In this document: positions 9,416-17,734 of the stretch, in pieces | Layout: every line of letters begins with the position of its first letter | Numbering within the stretch: position 1 is the first letter of the stretch | DNA from: Giardia intestinalis | Lineage: Eukaryota | Strand: one strand, 5' to 3' | DNA: 64,000 bases | NCBI GenBank assembly: GCA_000002435.2 | Contig: CM018793.1 | The notes under the pieces: model-generated | Database searches by the model: none | The model's input: only the letters and a program-made list of their open reading frames with translations | What the model was told of the DNA's origin: nothing | Position numbers and translations under genes: made by a program

Positions 9416-11440
9416 ATGCAACTTCTTACTCTAATCGCTCTTCTTATTGGAACATTAGCTATCAACTGCCCCCGAGACCACTATGCTCTTGGCAACATGT
9501 GTGTTAAGTGCGATGACAGCATGCTCTGGTGTCTCTCGTGTCGGGGGCCGGGAGCCTGCACTGAGTGCAAAGTGGGGTACTACCTCGACCATGGCTATTG
9601 CAAGCCGTGCGACCACACATGCAAGACGTGCAATAATCCGAACAGCTGCTTGGAGTGCAGCGCGAATCACTGCAGAAACGCAAGTGGGGTCTGCGATGAG
9701 CCCGGTGAGGTCTATGACGGGTGCATCAGGTGCGCACATGACACCAATAAGTGCATACAATGCCATGCTGGATACTTCTTTAACGCAAAGACCTTTACGT
9801 GCACTGCATGCAAGGCCAATTGTTACAGCTGCAAGAATGAAACTGAGTGTGAGGAACCCTCTTCTGGATATTATCTAGATAAGAGTACCGGGGATATTAC
9901 CCCATGCACAGATCATAATTGCGAAATTTGTAGCACATCTAGGGACACATGTGATGAGTGCATTGACGGGTATACTCTGAACGGAAGTAATGGCGGTAGC
10001 TGTACTCAGTGCGCTGACAGGAATTGTAGTGAGTGTGAAACCACAGATACGTGTATAGGCTGTAAGAAGGGCTATGTCCTCATTGGAAGCAGATGTTCTC
10101 CTTGTGCTTCGAACTGTGAGTTCTGCATGGATGGTGCGTATCCTGCACCATATCGTTGTATCAATGGCGCATGTAATCTTGGCTACAGATTTGATCCCAG
10201 GACTTCTTCTTGCATGAAGTGCCCTGAGGGTTGCATGTTGTGTCACTATGATAGTGATCGGGAAGAGACAGTGTGTGATAGATGCAATACGACAACGGAT
10301 GCCATTACTGGCCCAAAGATATATGGTGTACTATGCTCTTCAAGCACAGAAGTATCATGCTCTGAAGATGAATTTCAAGAGAATGGGGCCTGCATACGCT
10401 GCGAACTGAGTATACTGGGATGCGATGCGTGCAGCGAACGATACAACTGCACAAAGTGTCAGGATGGCTTCTACTTGTCTGGCAATATCTGCGTGGCCTG
10501 TGACTCCATTTGTGATACATGCGATGGCCCAGGTAACAATTGCAAGACGTGTTGGAACGGGAGAGTTCTAAAGGGAAGTACTTGTGTTCCTGCTAATGAG
10601 GTTATTCCATACTGTGAGGCAGCTAGCGAAAATTCATCGGAAGCCATCTGCATCCAATGTGCTATCGGATACTATGTATCTGACGGCACCTGTTCTCCAT
10701 GTGCTGATAAGTGTGCAACTTGTATTAGCTCTGATATATCTAACTGTATGAGTGCCATTGAGGGATATCGATACAACAGATCAACTAATGCTATTGAACA
10801 GTGCCAGGTTGAAAACTGTAGTAGATGCACTTTTAATGTCAGCGAGTGCTCTACATGTAAAGATGGATACTATCTGTCAGAGGATAACAGAGCTTGTATT
10901 CAAGGCACTGTCCCGAACTGCATGAAATACGTTAGAGGGCAAAACAAGTGTAGCACATGCGTCCATGGGTATGGATTTTCAGAGGGCGCTGATCCTGCCT
11001 GTATTCCGTGCCAAAAGGAGTGCATTGAAGGCTGTTACTTTGCAGATGTTTGTATGCTCGGAGTTTGTGCTGACGGTTTCTACTTCAGTTATGACAACAG
11101 TAAGTGTCTTGAGTGCCCCTCTGGATGCTCTATGTGCAAACAGTTCTCAAATAATGGCCGAGTTGGATGCACGCGATGTGCCTCGGGAGAAACTGTCAGT
11201 CTAAGCACAGCCTATGGCCTGCACTGCAGTGGCCTTTTGAACAAGTCTGGCCTCAAGCCCGGAGTAACAGCAGCGATCGTGATTCTGGTCCTGCTCCTCA
11301 TAGGCGTCTGCGCAGCAATACCGTTCATCGTGAAGGTCCTGGTCCGCAAGGGGGTGCGTAGAAGGACCCGGGCAATGAAGTACGATCGCGGGAGTGCAGA
11401 CAGTCTGCTGCCCGAGGGGTCCGCCGACTCTGCTCTTTGA
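9416..11440 (+). CDS. High-cysteine membrane protein (HCMP, VSP-like), type I
   Basis: N-terminal signal peptide MQLLTLIALLIGTLA. About 12% Cys in dozens of CXXC/CXC motifs with GYY(L/F) spacing. Single C-terminal TM AAIVILVLLLIGVCAAIPFIV, then a basic tail that is not the canonical CRGKA ending. Confidence 0.8.
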   Translation: MQLLTLIALLIGTLAINCPRDHYALGNMCVKCDDSMLWCLSCRGPGACTECKVGYYLDHGYCKPCDHTCKTCNNPNSCLECSANHCRNASGVCDEPGEVYDGCIRCAHDTNKCIQCHAGYFFNAKTFTCTACKANCYSCKNETECEEPSSGYYLDKSTGDITPCTDHNCEICSTSRDTCDECIDGYTLNGSNGGSCTQCADRNCSECETTDTCIGCKKGYVLIGSRCSPCASNCEFCMDGAYPAPYRCINGACNLGYRFDPRTSSCMKCPEGCMLCHYDSDREETVCDRCNTTTDAITGPKIYGVLCSSSTEVSCSEDEFQENGACIRCELSILGCDACSERYNCTKCQDGFYLSGNICVACDSICDTCDGPGNNCKTCWNGRVLKGSTCVPANEVIPYCEAASENSSEAICIQCAIGYYVSDGTCSPCADKCATCISSDISNCMSAIEGYRYNRSTNAIEQCQVENCSRCTFNVSECSTCKDGYYLSEDNRACIQGTVPNCMKYVRGQNKCSTCVHGYGFSEGADPACIPCQKECIEGCYFADVCMLGVCADGFYFSYDNSKCLECPSGCSMCKQFSNNGRVGCTRCASGETVSLSTAYGLHCSGLLNKSGLKPGVTAAIVILVLLLIGVCAAIPFIVKVLVRKGVRRRTRAMKYDRGSADSLLPEGSADSAL

Positions 11441-11873
11441 TGTAAATGTATCTACTGCGGTGGCGATTGTGGAGAAAGCTCGAGTAGGTGCGCCCATTGG
11501 CAGGAGACAGCGACTGTGAGTGCGAATTGGGCGACGGGTCCCCGATGTCTCTTGTATTGGGAAAGATCAGCTGGAGCCGAGAACGATGGTGATTGGATTG
11601 CATAATGCTCGAGACTAAGACTCCTTCAGGCACTCAACTTGGATGAGGATTGCTGAAGATCTGTGTCTACAATAACGTCCTCAGTATAACCTGGGCCAGA
11701 GGTCTGCAGGAGGCGGCTCTCATGGGCTGCTAGGGCTGACGTGTAATCGGCCCCTTCACTGCATCCAGAATTGTAGGTTCCTCGTGGGAGTGCATGCACG
11801 TCCGGAAAAGAAGGACAGACTTGCAGCACACCCAAAGAACGGGCCAGCGTTAGTGAGACGCACCATCATGCAT

Positions 11874-12662
11874 TCACTTCTGGACCTGCCCGGTCTCGAT
11901 GACCTTAACAATGCTGAGCAGGGACTTCGCCTGGTTGACAATCACCGAGTTGGCAAGCAGCGCCGGGACCTTTCCCATAGGATCGCTATGGCAGACAAAC
12001 GTGGCGGCTGTCTTTCCGCTGCCCGGGGCCGTCTCCTCAAAAAGGAAGGCGCTGATGTGGACGACTCCGCGGACCCAGCCCTCCTGCTTGGTCGCCTCTG
12101 GGTAAAGGGCGAGAAGCTCCGGGAGCTCTGGGCTCATGAACGAGTAGAGGATTCGGCGCCTCCCCTCCGCCTTCGGGAGCTCCCTGAAGTTGAGGACGGT
12201 GAGAAACTCGCGGTGGGCGACAATCGCAGAGGGAGACGTGGTGACAAACTGGGAGACGCTAGAGATCTCCCTGACCTCGGGGAAGTCCTGGGCCGTCTTC
12301 TGCTGGGCATAGCCTGCATAGGCTCTCTTCGTCTCGGCGTCGGCTGGAGACTCCAGCGTCTCGCGGCGGAAAAGCGTCGACTTGCGGAGGGCCTGGCTGT
12401 TGGTCTCGTCAACGTTGATGTTCATCGCCACAAGGGCCCCGAAACAGCAGTGGACGGGGTATGGTATCTCCATCGTCGCCTTGAGCGCGTGGTTCTTGCT
12501 GCCCTCGACCACGGCGGTGGTGATCGACATCCCCTCATCCACCTTGGGGTCCTTCCACGACGCCCCCTCAATGAGCCCCATGGCTTTGTCGAGGCTTGCT
12601 GAGCTCAGGGCGCGGATCTTGGCCCACACCTCCAGGGGGATAACGGCCTCTGTGATGGGCAT
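11874..12662 (-). CDS. Hypothetical protein, possible START/SRPBCC-type lipid-binding domain
   Basis: About 260 aa. C-terminal segment HSDPMGKVPALLANSVIVNQAKSLLSIVKVI resembles the START C-terminal D-P-x-G-x-[IV]-P-x-x-[LV]-[VL]-N helix. The opposite-strand ORF 11784..12602 is R/G/L-rich and judged an antisense shadow. Confidence 0.45.
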   Translation of the reverse strand: MPITEAVIPLEVWAKIRALSSASLDKAMGLIEGASWKDPKVDEGMSITTAVVEGSKNHALKATMEIPYPVHCCFGALVAMNINVDETNSQALRKSTLFRRETLESPADAETKRAYAGYAQQKTAQDFPEVREISSVSQFVTTSPSAIVAHREFLTVLNFRELPKAEGRRRILYSFMSPELPELLALYPEATKQEGWVRGVVHISAFLFEETAPGSGKTAATFVCHSDPMGKVPALLANSVIVNQAKSLLSIVKVIETGQVQK

Positions 12663-12755
12663 CCTGCAGAATATTCATGTTGGGCTGGCTAAGCAAAATG
12701 TAAATGAAATCGCACGGAGAGAGAATTTACTAACGAAATTGCACTTATAAGGTCC

Positions 12756-13379
12756 TTGCCGAATATCTGCCGAATGCTTGAACAGTCTATACCGCAGCCT
12801 CCGCAGTTCGCACCGCTAGCAGCAGAGGATGGCCAGAAGTCCTTCGAGCTCAGGAAGGTGATGGTGCCCTACAACCGCATTTCGCCCATAAAACGGGAGT
12901 GGAATAACATATGCACGCCAATCGTTACAGAGCTTTTGCTTGACATTCGCTACAATATATCCGGCCGCTGCATTGAGATACGGCGCAATGCGAAGACGGT
13001 TGCCCCCAACGCCCTCGATCGTGGACAGGACTTCCTCCGCGCCATAACCCTCGGCTTTGAGGTCCAGGACGCTCTTGCGTTTCTGAAAATGGACAATCTC
13101 TACATAGACACCTTCGACATCACTAACGTAAAGCTTGTCCTTAAGGGCGATAACATGTCCCGAGCGATAGGAAGGATAGCGGGCTCCGGCGGCAAGGTCA
13201 AGTTCACCATTGAGAACGCGTCGAAGACACGGATTGTGCTAGCAGATAAGACGGTGCACATCCTGGGCACCGTGGCAGGTACCCGTGTCGCCCGCGATGC
13301 TATATGCGACCTCATTTTGGGGCTTTCTCCAAACAAGGTCTATCAGAAGCTGAAGATGGCTGCAAGCCGCTTTTCCTAA
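12756..13379 (+). CDS. PNO1: RNA-binding protein PNO1/Dim2 (KH domain, pre-40S assembly factor, partner of NOB1)
   Basis: Conserved blocks RKVMVPYNRISPIKREW, LDIRYN, RAITLGFEVQDALAFLKMDNLYIDTF, MSRAIGRIAGSGGKVKF, TRIVLADKTVHILG and ARDAICDLILGLSPNKVY. Confidence 0.85.
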   Translation: MPNICRMLEQSIPQPPQFAPLAAEDGQKSFELRKVMVPYNRISPIKREWNNICTPIVTELLLDIRYNISGRCIEIRRNAKTVAPNALDRGQDFLRAITLGFEVQDALAFLKMDNLYIDTFDITNVKLVLKGDNMSRAIGRIAGSGGKVKFTIENASKTRIVLADKTVHILGTVAGTRVARDAICDLILGLSPNKVYQKLKMAASRFS

Positions 13380-13479
13380 TCCGAGTCGTGACGCTGTGAT
13401 GTGTATAAATGAAAAAAAACTATTTATTTTGATTTCGTTTTTGATGTCTGTTTTTGAAGCCCCGTGAACGCACCGGGGA

Positions 13480-13974
13480 ATGGTCAAGTACGCCTTTAAA
13501 TCGGACAATCTCCTCGTAGGAAAGTCCCGCAGGGACGGCGTCAAGGCCTCCTTCAAGAACACATACTCCACCTGCAGAGCTATCAAGGGAATGGGGGTCA
13601 AGAGAGCCTTTGCCTACCTCGACAACGTCCTGAACCACAAGGAGATCGTCCCCTTCTTCAAGTTCTACAAGGGTGTCGGGCGCCACTCGCAAGCCAGGGG
13701 GAGCGGCACGGACAAGGGTCGCTGGCCCGAGAAGTCTGTTGTCGTCGTCAAGGACATCCTCAAGCAAGCCGTTAGCAACGCAAAGCACGCCCACAAGAAG
13801 GAGGAGGACGAGCTGTACGTCATCTCGTACTGCGTAAATCGCGCACGCGGCCGTCGTCGCAGGACCTTCAGGGCACATGGGCGCATCAGCAAGTATGAGT
13901 CTCAGCCCTGCCATGTCGAGCTTATTGTCGGGCCGAAGCCTCTGGACGTTGAGAAAGCGAAGGCGCTCCAGTGA
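13480..13974 (+). CDS. RPL17: 60S ribosomal protein L17 (uL22)
   Basis: MVKY...FKNT...AIKGM start. GVGRHSQARG...GRWPEKS. RRRTFRAHGRISKYESQPCHVELI. AT-rich initiator upstream. AGTAAAT motif 11 nt after the stop. Confidence 0.9.
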   Translation: MVKYAFKSDNLLVGKSRRDGVKASFKNTYSTCRAIKGMGVKRAFAYLDNVLNHKEIVPFFKFYKGVGRHSQARGSGTDKGRWPEKSVVVVKDILKQAVSNAKHAHKKEEDELYVISYCVNRARGRRRRTFRAHGRISKYESQPCHVELIVGPKPLDVEKAKALQ

Positions 13975-13984
13975 GTCTGTCGGG

Positions 13985-13991
13985 AGTAAAT
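13985..13991 (+). promoter_or_regulatory. Putative polyadenylation signal AGTAAAT downstream of RPL17
   Basis: GGGAGTAAATGC, 11 nt after the TGA stop. Confidence 0.5.
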
Positions 13992-14023
13992 GCGCTGCTT
14001 CTTCCCAACTTCTAATAATTGAA

Positions 14024-15658
14024 ATGTCTAATGTGGGGTACATTCCGATTTCGGCCCTTCCCGTGGCCCAGTCTGCGGTAACACCAACAGAAGCGTTTTT
14101 TAATCAGTTCACTACGCAGACGAGGTATGAGTTGAACGGGCCTGCAGTCTCCATTGCTAGACATCCCCAGGCGGCCGAGCTCGCCGTAGCTAGCTCCACA
14201 CAGGTTATGCTTTATAAGGTTTCAGAGGCAGCGCTTGCAAAGGGTACTGGCCGCTTTGAAATGACCACCACAGCCGTAGCCTATCGCCACGACGGGGCCT
14301 TTTATGTTGCGGCAGATGATAGCGGAGCAGTTGAAGTTTTCATACCGGGGTCCCACTCTTGGCAGCGACGCTTTTACGATTCATCCACTGCAGTCCATGC
14401 AGTTTCGTTCAGCGCCACCGACCAGGAAGTCTTGGCCGGAACTCGCTCCGGAAAGCTTTTCGCGTGGACTGTGACGACCGAAACTCTCTGCTTTGGAGTC
14501 CAGGCCCATGCCGATTCTATCCGTGCAGCGTTCCCTCTTCCCTCCCCACATGCAGCTGATCATTTTGCCCCAGTTCTCACAGCTTCCTATGACAGATACA
14601 TTCGGATATGGAATATGCTGTCCGGCGAGATAGCTCTCGGTGTGTCTGAGGATCCCAAGCGTCGTAATGCTGTTGGTCGATCGGGCACAGGCCCCTCCAT
14701 GCTCTTTGAGTACTCTCTTTCAGAACCAATTGATGCCGCAATCTGGTGCGATGGATATGTCTATATAGCATGTGGTGGATACATCTACTCTTTGCTTTAC
14801 GTTTATACCGACTTGTCGCTATCAGAGGATAACAAGGATAACAGAGGTTCAGTCAAGCTAAAAGCCCACGCTCAATCAGACTATGTTCCTAAGGGAATAT
14901 CGTCCCTATGTGCATGCTCCACTAGCATGGGGACATTCATTTTGGCTGGCTGCTTTGATGGGGGTGTCAGGGTTTATGACTCCACGACTCTACTGCAGGT
15001 AGCAACCCTGATACACTTTGATGTAGCGGTCCTCTCTATAGCTGTTCAGTCTTTTTCACAGACTCCAATATTTTCCAAGAAGGAGGAGCTGGGAATATAT
15101 GTGGGACTGCAAACCAAGACCATGGTGGTGCTGACGTCCTGTCCTCTGGAGGATGCCATTGCCCTTGCAAATGAGAAGGACAAGCCAAAGCAGCGCCTAT
15201 CAAAGAGAGACTTCATGATCCGTCCACGAGCAAATCTAGATTACATGGTCCATGGGTTGAACGTTAGACCATCTTTGTCCCAACTGGATGTCTACTTGGC
15301 AATCTACAAACATCTGGATGCACTGCAGCTGAGTCTCTTGACCAGCAGGGAGCTCACAGGAAGCGTTCTTTTGGAACTAGAATGCCGCGGAATTAAAAAC
15401 TATCACGATGTACTTAGGCAACTTCGAGATGGGGATAAGGCAAAGATACTTGAGTATACAATGAGCTCCCTTGGAAATAACATGCTCTGTGGTCCGTTCT
15501 TACGTGCATGCGACGTTATAATCCCCACAATAACGCTATCTTCAAGCTCTAAGCTTCTGCTTACTGTACACGAATTTCTGATGACCATAGAGAAGGAACT
15601 GGAGCTCATCGAAAACCTTCAACAGTGTCGGAATAACCTTTGTTCACTAAAGATTTGA
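14024..15658 (+). CDS. WD40-repeat protein, hypothetical
   Basis: WD-like blocks (LAGTRSGKLFAWTV, ASYDRYIRIWNM, AGCFDGGVRVYD). The track ORF starts at 13877 inside the RPL17 coding 3' end. The internal Met at 14024 (MSNVGYIPI) is the likelier start. Confidence 0.55.
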   Translation: MSNVGYIPISALPVAQSAVTPTEAFFNQFTTQTRYELNGPAVSIARHPQAAELAVASSTQVMLYKVSEAALAKGTGRFEMTTTAVAYRHDGAFYVAADDSGAVEVFIPGSHSWQRRFYDSSTAVHAVSFSATDQEVLAGTRSGKLFAWTVTTETLCFGVQAHADSIRAAFPLPSPHAADHFAPVLTASYDRYIRIWNMLSGEIALGVSEDPKRRNAVGRSGTGPSMLFEYSLSEPIDAAIWCDGYVYIACGGYIYSLLYVYTDLSLSEDNKDNRGSVKLKAHAQSDYVPKGISSLCACSTSMGTFILAGCFDGGVRVYDSTTLLQVATLIHFDVAVLSIAVQSFSQTPIFSKKEELGIYVGLQTKTMVVLTSCPLEDAIALANEKDKPKQRLSKRDFMIRPRANLDYMVHGLNVRPSLSQLDVYLAIYKHLDALQLSLLTSRELTGSVLLELECRGIKNYHDVLRQLRDGDKAKILEYTMSSLGNNMLCGPFLRACDVIIPTITLSSSSKLLLTVHEFLMTIEKELELIENLQQCRNNLCSLKI

Positions 15659-15716
15659 TCTTCCGATGCCACTGTAGATGCTAACTGTAGGCACATCTTA
15701 CTTTTAGAACAGCAAA

Positions 15717-17108
15717 ATGTTCGACTCACATGCATATATGGAAGGTGGAAACGCTCTCAACAGCTCCGAACTGTGCGAGGTAGTTCAGCTCTTTGATATT
15801 CAGTGGGCCACAGCTACTCTCCAGCAGGGCATAGTTACCGCTCAAGTGGAATTTATTATTACCTATCCATTCTTCAACACGATTATCTGGAGGTGTGAAG
15901 GATTCAACCATGAGACAGTTGTTGATGGAGTGTTAGGGAAACATCATCTGACTTTATATTTCCAGAAGCCTACAGTGTCTGTTGGTCGTTCTACTACTAC
16001 TGACACCACTCCGCTAAATCCCATCGAGATCTCTGGATCATCTGCTGTAACACAGAGCATGTACTCCAGCACACTAGGTAGCTCCACAGATCACTTTGAC
16101 CTTGAGCTGGATATTCCTGGCCTTCTTATCGAACCAGTCTATATAACATTTGTTTGTAGCGGAAGGAACCTCACTGCCATTGCGCCACATCCAGGATTTG
16201 GAAGAGTGTCTACTATCATAAACCCAGGTGGCCGCCCATTGCTAACCAGCGACTACAAGAGTGTTGTTCTGGACCCAGACATTTGCTTCCGCGACTGTTC
16301 TGCTTACATGGTAGACATGCTCCAGCCTCAACGCGTGGTCTCGCTAGGCACCAAGAGTGGCTCGGGAAAGACCTTCGGCCTTTCAATGTTGGAGTCTTTT
16401 ATCAGCACCACTGCACCCGCTAAAACTTTGCAGTCATTTGCTAAGTTAGCGATCAGGGGCTGGTCTCAATATGACCAGCATCTTGGAGCCCATTCTGTCC
16501 TGAGCCTTGACTTTTCAGTATTCAAGGTGTCGAGTACCAGTGCATTTTTCGAATCTATCGCTGCATACGTTAGAAGCGTTTACGAATCATGGTACGAGCG
16601 GTGTGCTCCGGCGCTGACTGATGAACGGAGCCAAAGGATATTCGTTAATATCATGAGGAACACGGATGCAGAGGGCTGTCAAAACTTCAAAACAGGTTTA
16701 TTCGGGTCGTTTGCAGAGTTGTGCAGGTTTATCTTTAGGGCCACGCGGCGCCATCCCGTAGTACTTATTGACGGCTATGATTCACTAACACGAAAGCTAT
16801 GGTTTGCTCCCCATGACACCCTGAGGCAGATATTGCCGATGGTGTCGCTTATATTAACAGCGACAGTCACAGAGAATATGTGTAAGTACTGTGCAGTAGT
16901 AGCAGGAGGCAATGACCCACCAGTGTACGGGGGCTTTGGTTACGTAAATTCCCGATCACTGAGGTGTAGCCCAGAAATACCGTTGCATGGGAACTCAGCG
17001 TCTAAGGAGATTCAAAGCCTACAAGGCTCTCTTGTGGGTCACGAGAGTGGAGAGCCGGCAGCAGATGTAAGAGAAGAGATTGTCGGAAATTATATGGAGC
17101 GTAATTAA
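15717..17108 (+). CDS. Hypothetical protein (463 aa) with a degenerate P-loop-like segment
   Basis: Long ORF with LGTKSGSGKTFG (near-Walker-A) and a later VVLIDGYDSL (hhhhD). Stop codon overlaps an AGTAAAT motif. Confidence 0.5.
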   Translation: MFDSHAYMEGGNALNSSELCEVVQLFDIQWATATLQQGIVTAQVEFIITYPFFNTIIWRCEGFNHETVVDGVLGKHHLTLYFQKPTVSVGRSTTTDTTPLNPIEISGSSAVTQSMYSSTLGSSTDHFDLELDIPGLLIEPVYITFVCSGRNLTAIAPHPGFGRVSTIINPGGRPLLTSDYKSVVLDPDICFRDCSAYMVDMLQPQRVVSLGTKSGSGKTFGLSMLESFISTTAPAKTLQSFAKLAIRGWSQYDQHLGAHSVLSLDFSVFKVSSTSAFFESIAAYVRSVYESWYERCAPALTDERSQRIFVNIMRNTDAEGCQNFKTGLFGSFAELCRFIFRATRRHPVVLIDGYDSLTRKLWFAPHDTLRQILPMVSLILTATVTENMCKYCAVVAGGNDPPVYGGFGYVNSRSLRCSPEIPLHGNSASKEIQSLQGSLVGHESGEPAADVREEIVGNYMERN

Positions 17109-17114
17109 GTAAAT
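17108..17114 (+). promoter_or_regulatory. Putative polyadenylation signal AGTAAAT overlapping the stop of the 463-aa gene
   Basis: TAAGTAAATGG. Confidence 0.45.
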
Positions 17115-17199
17115 GGGAAATATCACAGCCGTGGATTTGAAAAGGAATGAAGAAAGGGATTAGTCTGATACGCTGACCAAATATGGATAGATAAGTCGG

Positions 17200-17694
17200 T
17201 CAATTATTAGTAGAGTCTATTATCCGAGGGGTTGTGAGAGGCTCTGCCTCGGGCTGTAGTGATACCAAGCCCAGCATGGAGTTGTATAGATCGCTCCTGA
17301 CGTGCAAATTCCAATGGATGCTTTTCAGATACCAAACACACATTTCTCTTACGGTACTAGACTCATCAAGACAGCGGGAGAACGCTGGCCACACAGAGAA
17401 AGGTAGCTCTAGATCCGAGAGCATATTGCACGCAAACATGAGGCTGACGATGAAAAGCTTCTTTACATTGCGCACTGTAACATGCCTAGAGATCTTCTGA
17501 AGCCGTAGTAACAAAGTACATGCATAAACTGCGATGGTTTTCAAGTCCTCATCAGAGCACTTACTGATTAGGTAGAAATTCGATAGAACCTCGTGCAGAT
17601 CTAGCTTGAGCGTGTGCTGCACATCGGCACCACAGACCATTGACAGAATTAAGCACACATCCCTAGTGATCCGAAGGGGTGCAGACTCAGGCAT
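17200..17694 (-). CDS. Hypothetical protein, possibly cyclin-fold (PHO80-like)
   Basis: 164 aa. Hydrophobic helical core KKLFIVSLMFACNMLSDLELPFSVWPAFSRCL resembles the cyclin-box alpha3-5 region. The call is weak. Confidence 0.35.
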   Translation of the reverse strand: MPESAPLRITRDVCLILSMVCGADVQHTLKLDLHEVLSNFYLISKCSDEDLKTIAVYACTLLLRLQKISRHVTVRNVKKLFIVSLMFACNMLSDLELPFSVWPAFSRCLDESSTVREMCVWYLKSIHWNLHVRSDLYNSMLGLVSLQPEAEPLTTPRIIDSTNN

Positions 17695-17734
17695 GACCTG
17701 GGGCTAGCGATAAATTTTAAAAGTACCAGAGGCT
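17695..17734. promoter_or_regulatory. 40-bp AT-rich bidirectional promoter spacer between the cyclin-like gene and the ABCF gene
   Basis: GCGATAAATTTTAAAAGTACC between divergent ATGs. Confidence 0.45.

Noticed and set aside
11441-11873. Three small minus-strand ORFs (98, 102 and 69 aa) in the 430-bp convergent spacer after the first HCMP
   Set aside because: They are short, overlapping and Pro/Arg/Ser-rich with no motif. They are more likely noise in a long 3' UTR region, although the spacer length itself is unusual.
11784-12602. Plus-strand 272-aa ORF overlapping the 11874..12662 minus gene
   Set aside because: Arg/Gly/Leu/Asp-rich low-complexity composition typical of an antisense read of a real coding strand. 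The minus ORF carries a START-like C-terminal motif.
13380-13479. Imperfect hairpin CCCCGTG…CACCGGGG immediately before the RPL17 ATG
   Set aside because: The stem has a one-nucleotide mismatch. The region is best explained as an AT-rich initiator promoter. There is too little signal to call a structured element.
13420-14043. Minus-strand 207-aa ORF antisense to RPL17
   Set aside because: RPL17 on the plus strand is unambiguous. This is a GC-rich third-position shadow.
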